Of a stretch of DNA of 64,000 nucleotides, positions 63,544 through 64,000 are shown in pieces. The stretch comes from Acidimicrobiia bacterium. Lineage in GTDB: Bacteria > Actinomycetota > Acidimicrobiia > IMCC26256 > PALSA-610. The number at the start of each line of letters is the position of its first letter. The first letter of the stretch is position 1. Location of the stretch: positions 21,486 to 85,485 of the forward strand of contig JBBRXX010000003.1 of NCBI GenBank assembly GCA_038238245.1, written 5' to 3'. The translations under genes and the position numbers were made by a program. The notes under the pieces were generated by a model that had not been told where the DNA came from, did no database searches, and saw only the letters and a list, made by a program, of their open reading frames with translations.

Positions 63544-64000
63544 CTATTTTTGCGCGACGCGCTCGTACAACGCCGCGTAGTCGCGGGCGACGGCCTGGAT
63601 CGAGAAATGGTCGACGACGAATCTGCGTTGTCCTTCGCCGACGTGGCGAGCCAGCTCGCGGTTTTCGACCAGTTGCAGGATCGCGTCTGCGAGGGCCTTG
63701 GGATCGTCCTCGGGCACGATCGTGATGTTCTCGCCCGAGCGGAGCTCGAGGCCCGGGAAGTTGTCGGTGCGTACCACTGACACGACCGGTACGCCGGCCG
63801 CCATCACCTCGAGCGTCGAGGTGCCGAGCCCGAAGTAGTGGAAGTCGTGTGCCTCGACGTCGGAAGCGGCGACGTAGGCGGGAACTTCGTCCTTCGCCAC
63901 CTCACCGGTGCAGACCACATGGTCGCGGACGCCGAGGTCGTCGGCGAGCCCGAGGAACGTGTCGTCGAACACGTGGCCGACCACGAGCACCACGAGATCG
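63544..64000 (-). CDS. Glycosyltransferase family 4, C-terminal part (N-terminus beyond window end)
   Basis: GT4 C-terminal pattern EAHDFHYFGLGTSTLEVMAAGVPVV. Confidence 0.7.
   Translation of the reverse strand, partial: DLVVLVVGHVFDDTFLGLADDLGVRDHVVCTGEVAKDEVPAYVAASDVEAHDFHYFGLGTSTLEVMAAGVPVVSVVRTDNFPGLELRSGENITIVPEDDPKALADAILQLVENRELARHVGEGQRRFVVDHFSIQAVARDYAALYERVAQK

Noticed and set aside
1-64000. CRISPR arrays, integrases, toxin-antitoxin pairs, restriction-modification or other defence modules
   Set aside because: Looked for spacer-repeat periodicity, Cas-like or nuclease/helicase ORFs and found none. The only tandem repeat (661-826) has three identical units without unique spacers.

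Overview
The window is a high-GC (~70%) bacterial chromosomal segment, probably actinobacterial (inferred from a mycothiol-type class III alcohol dehydrogenase, a SigB-like group-2 sigma factor, and tRNA-Arg features I recall, without a database, as mycobacterial). Calls come from manual reading of the ORF track and raw sequence; no searches were run. Many long Arg/Pro-rich ORFs in the track are antisense artefacts of high GC and are rejected below.

The first 20 kb holds housekeeping and stress genes. It starts with a minus-strand operon (cupin, GhrB-like 2-hydroxyacid dehydrogenase, small Cys-pair protein, MscR-like alcohol dehydrogenase) interrupted by three tandem 50-bp repeats. Divergent genes follow (ureidoglycolate-lyase-like, an SDR, the sigma factor). 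Next is an adaptive-response pair (Ada-AlkA fusion and Ogt) separated by a perfect 14-bp inverted repeat, then a patatin-like phospholipase. A translationally coupled block follows: a DUF371-RsmI fusion, an NpmA/KamB-like 16S rRNA A1408 methyltransferase, and a HAMP adenylate cyclase. Then come a 51-aa acidic mini-protein, an ABC-F ATPase, a divergent pair of ferritin-like/diiron proteins, tRNA-Arg, and a cluster of tRNA-Asp, tRNA-Arg(ACG), tRNA-Arg(CCG) plus a tRNA 3'-half fragment.

Mid-window (20-29 kb) encodes secreted proteins: an internally duplicated lipoprotein, a phospholipase C with FN3 repeats, and a metallophosphoesterase with a PKD domain. Two paralogous SAM methyltransferases bracket these, and one carries an in-frame IS3-family transposase HTH remnant.

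From ~29 kb to the window end is a very large cell-surface glycan locus. It contains an acyltransferase-3/SGNH O-acyltransferase, an SPFH protein, a Wzm/Wzt ABC exporter and a WecA-like initiating transferase. It also has a fused CapD/PglF-type dehydratase plus DegT aminotransferase, GNAT acetyltransferases, a deacetylase, a Wzz-like protein, many GT4/GT2 transferases, two GT-C-like membrane paralogs flanking a GtrB-like polyprenyl-phosphate sugar synthase, two sulfotransferases of different families and a PhyH-family dioxygenase. The apparent combination of amino-sugar chemistry, sulfation and oxygenase tailoring is the most unusual content.
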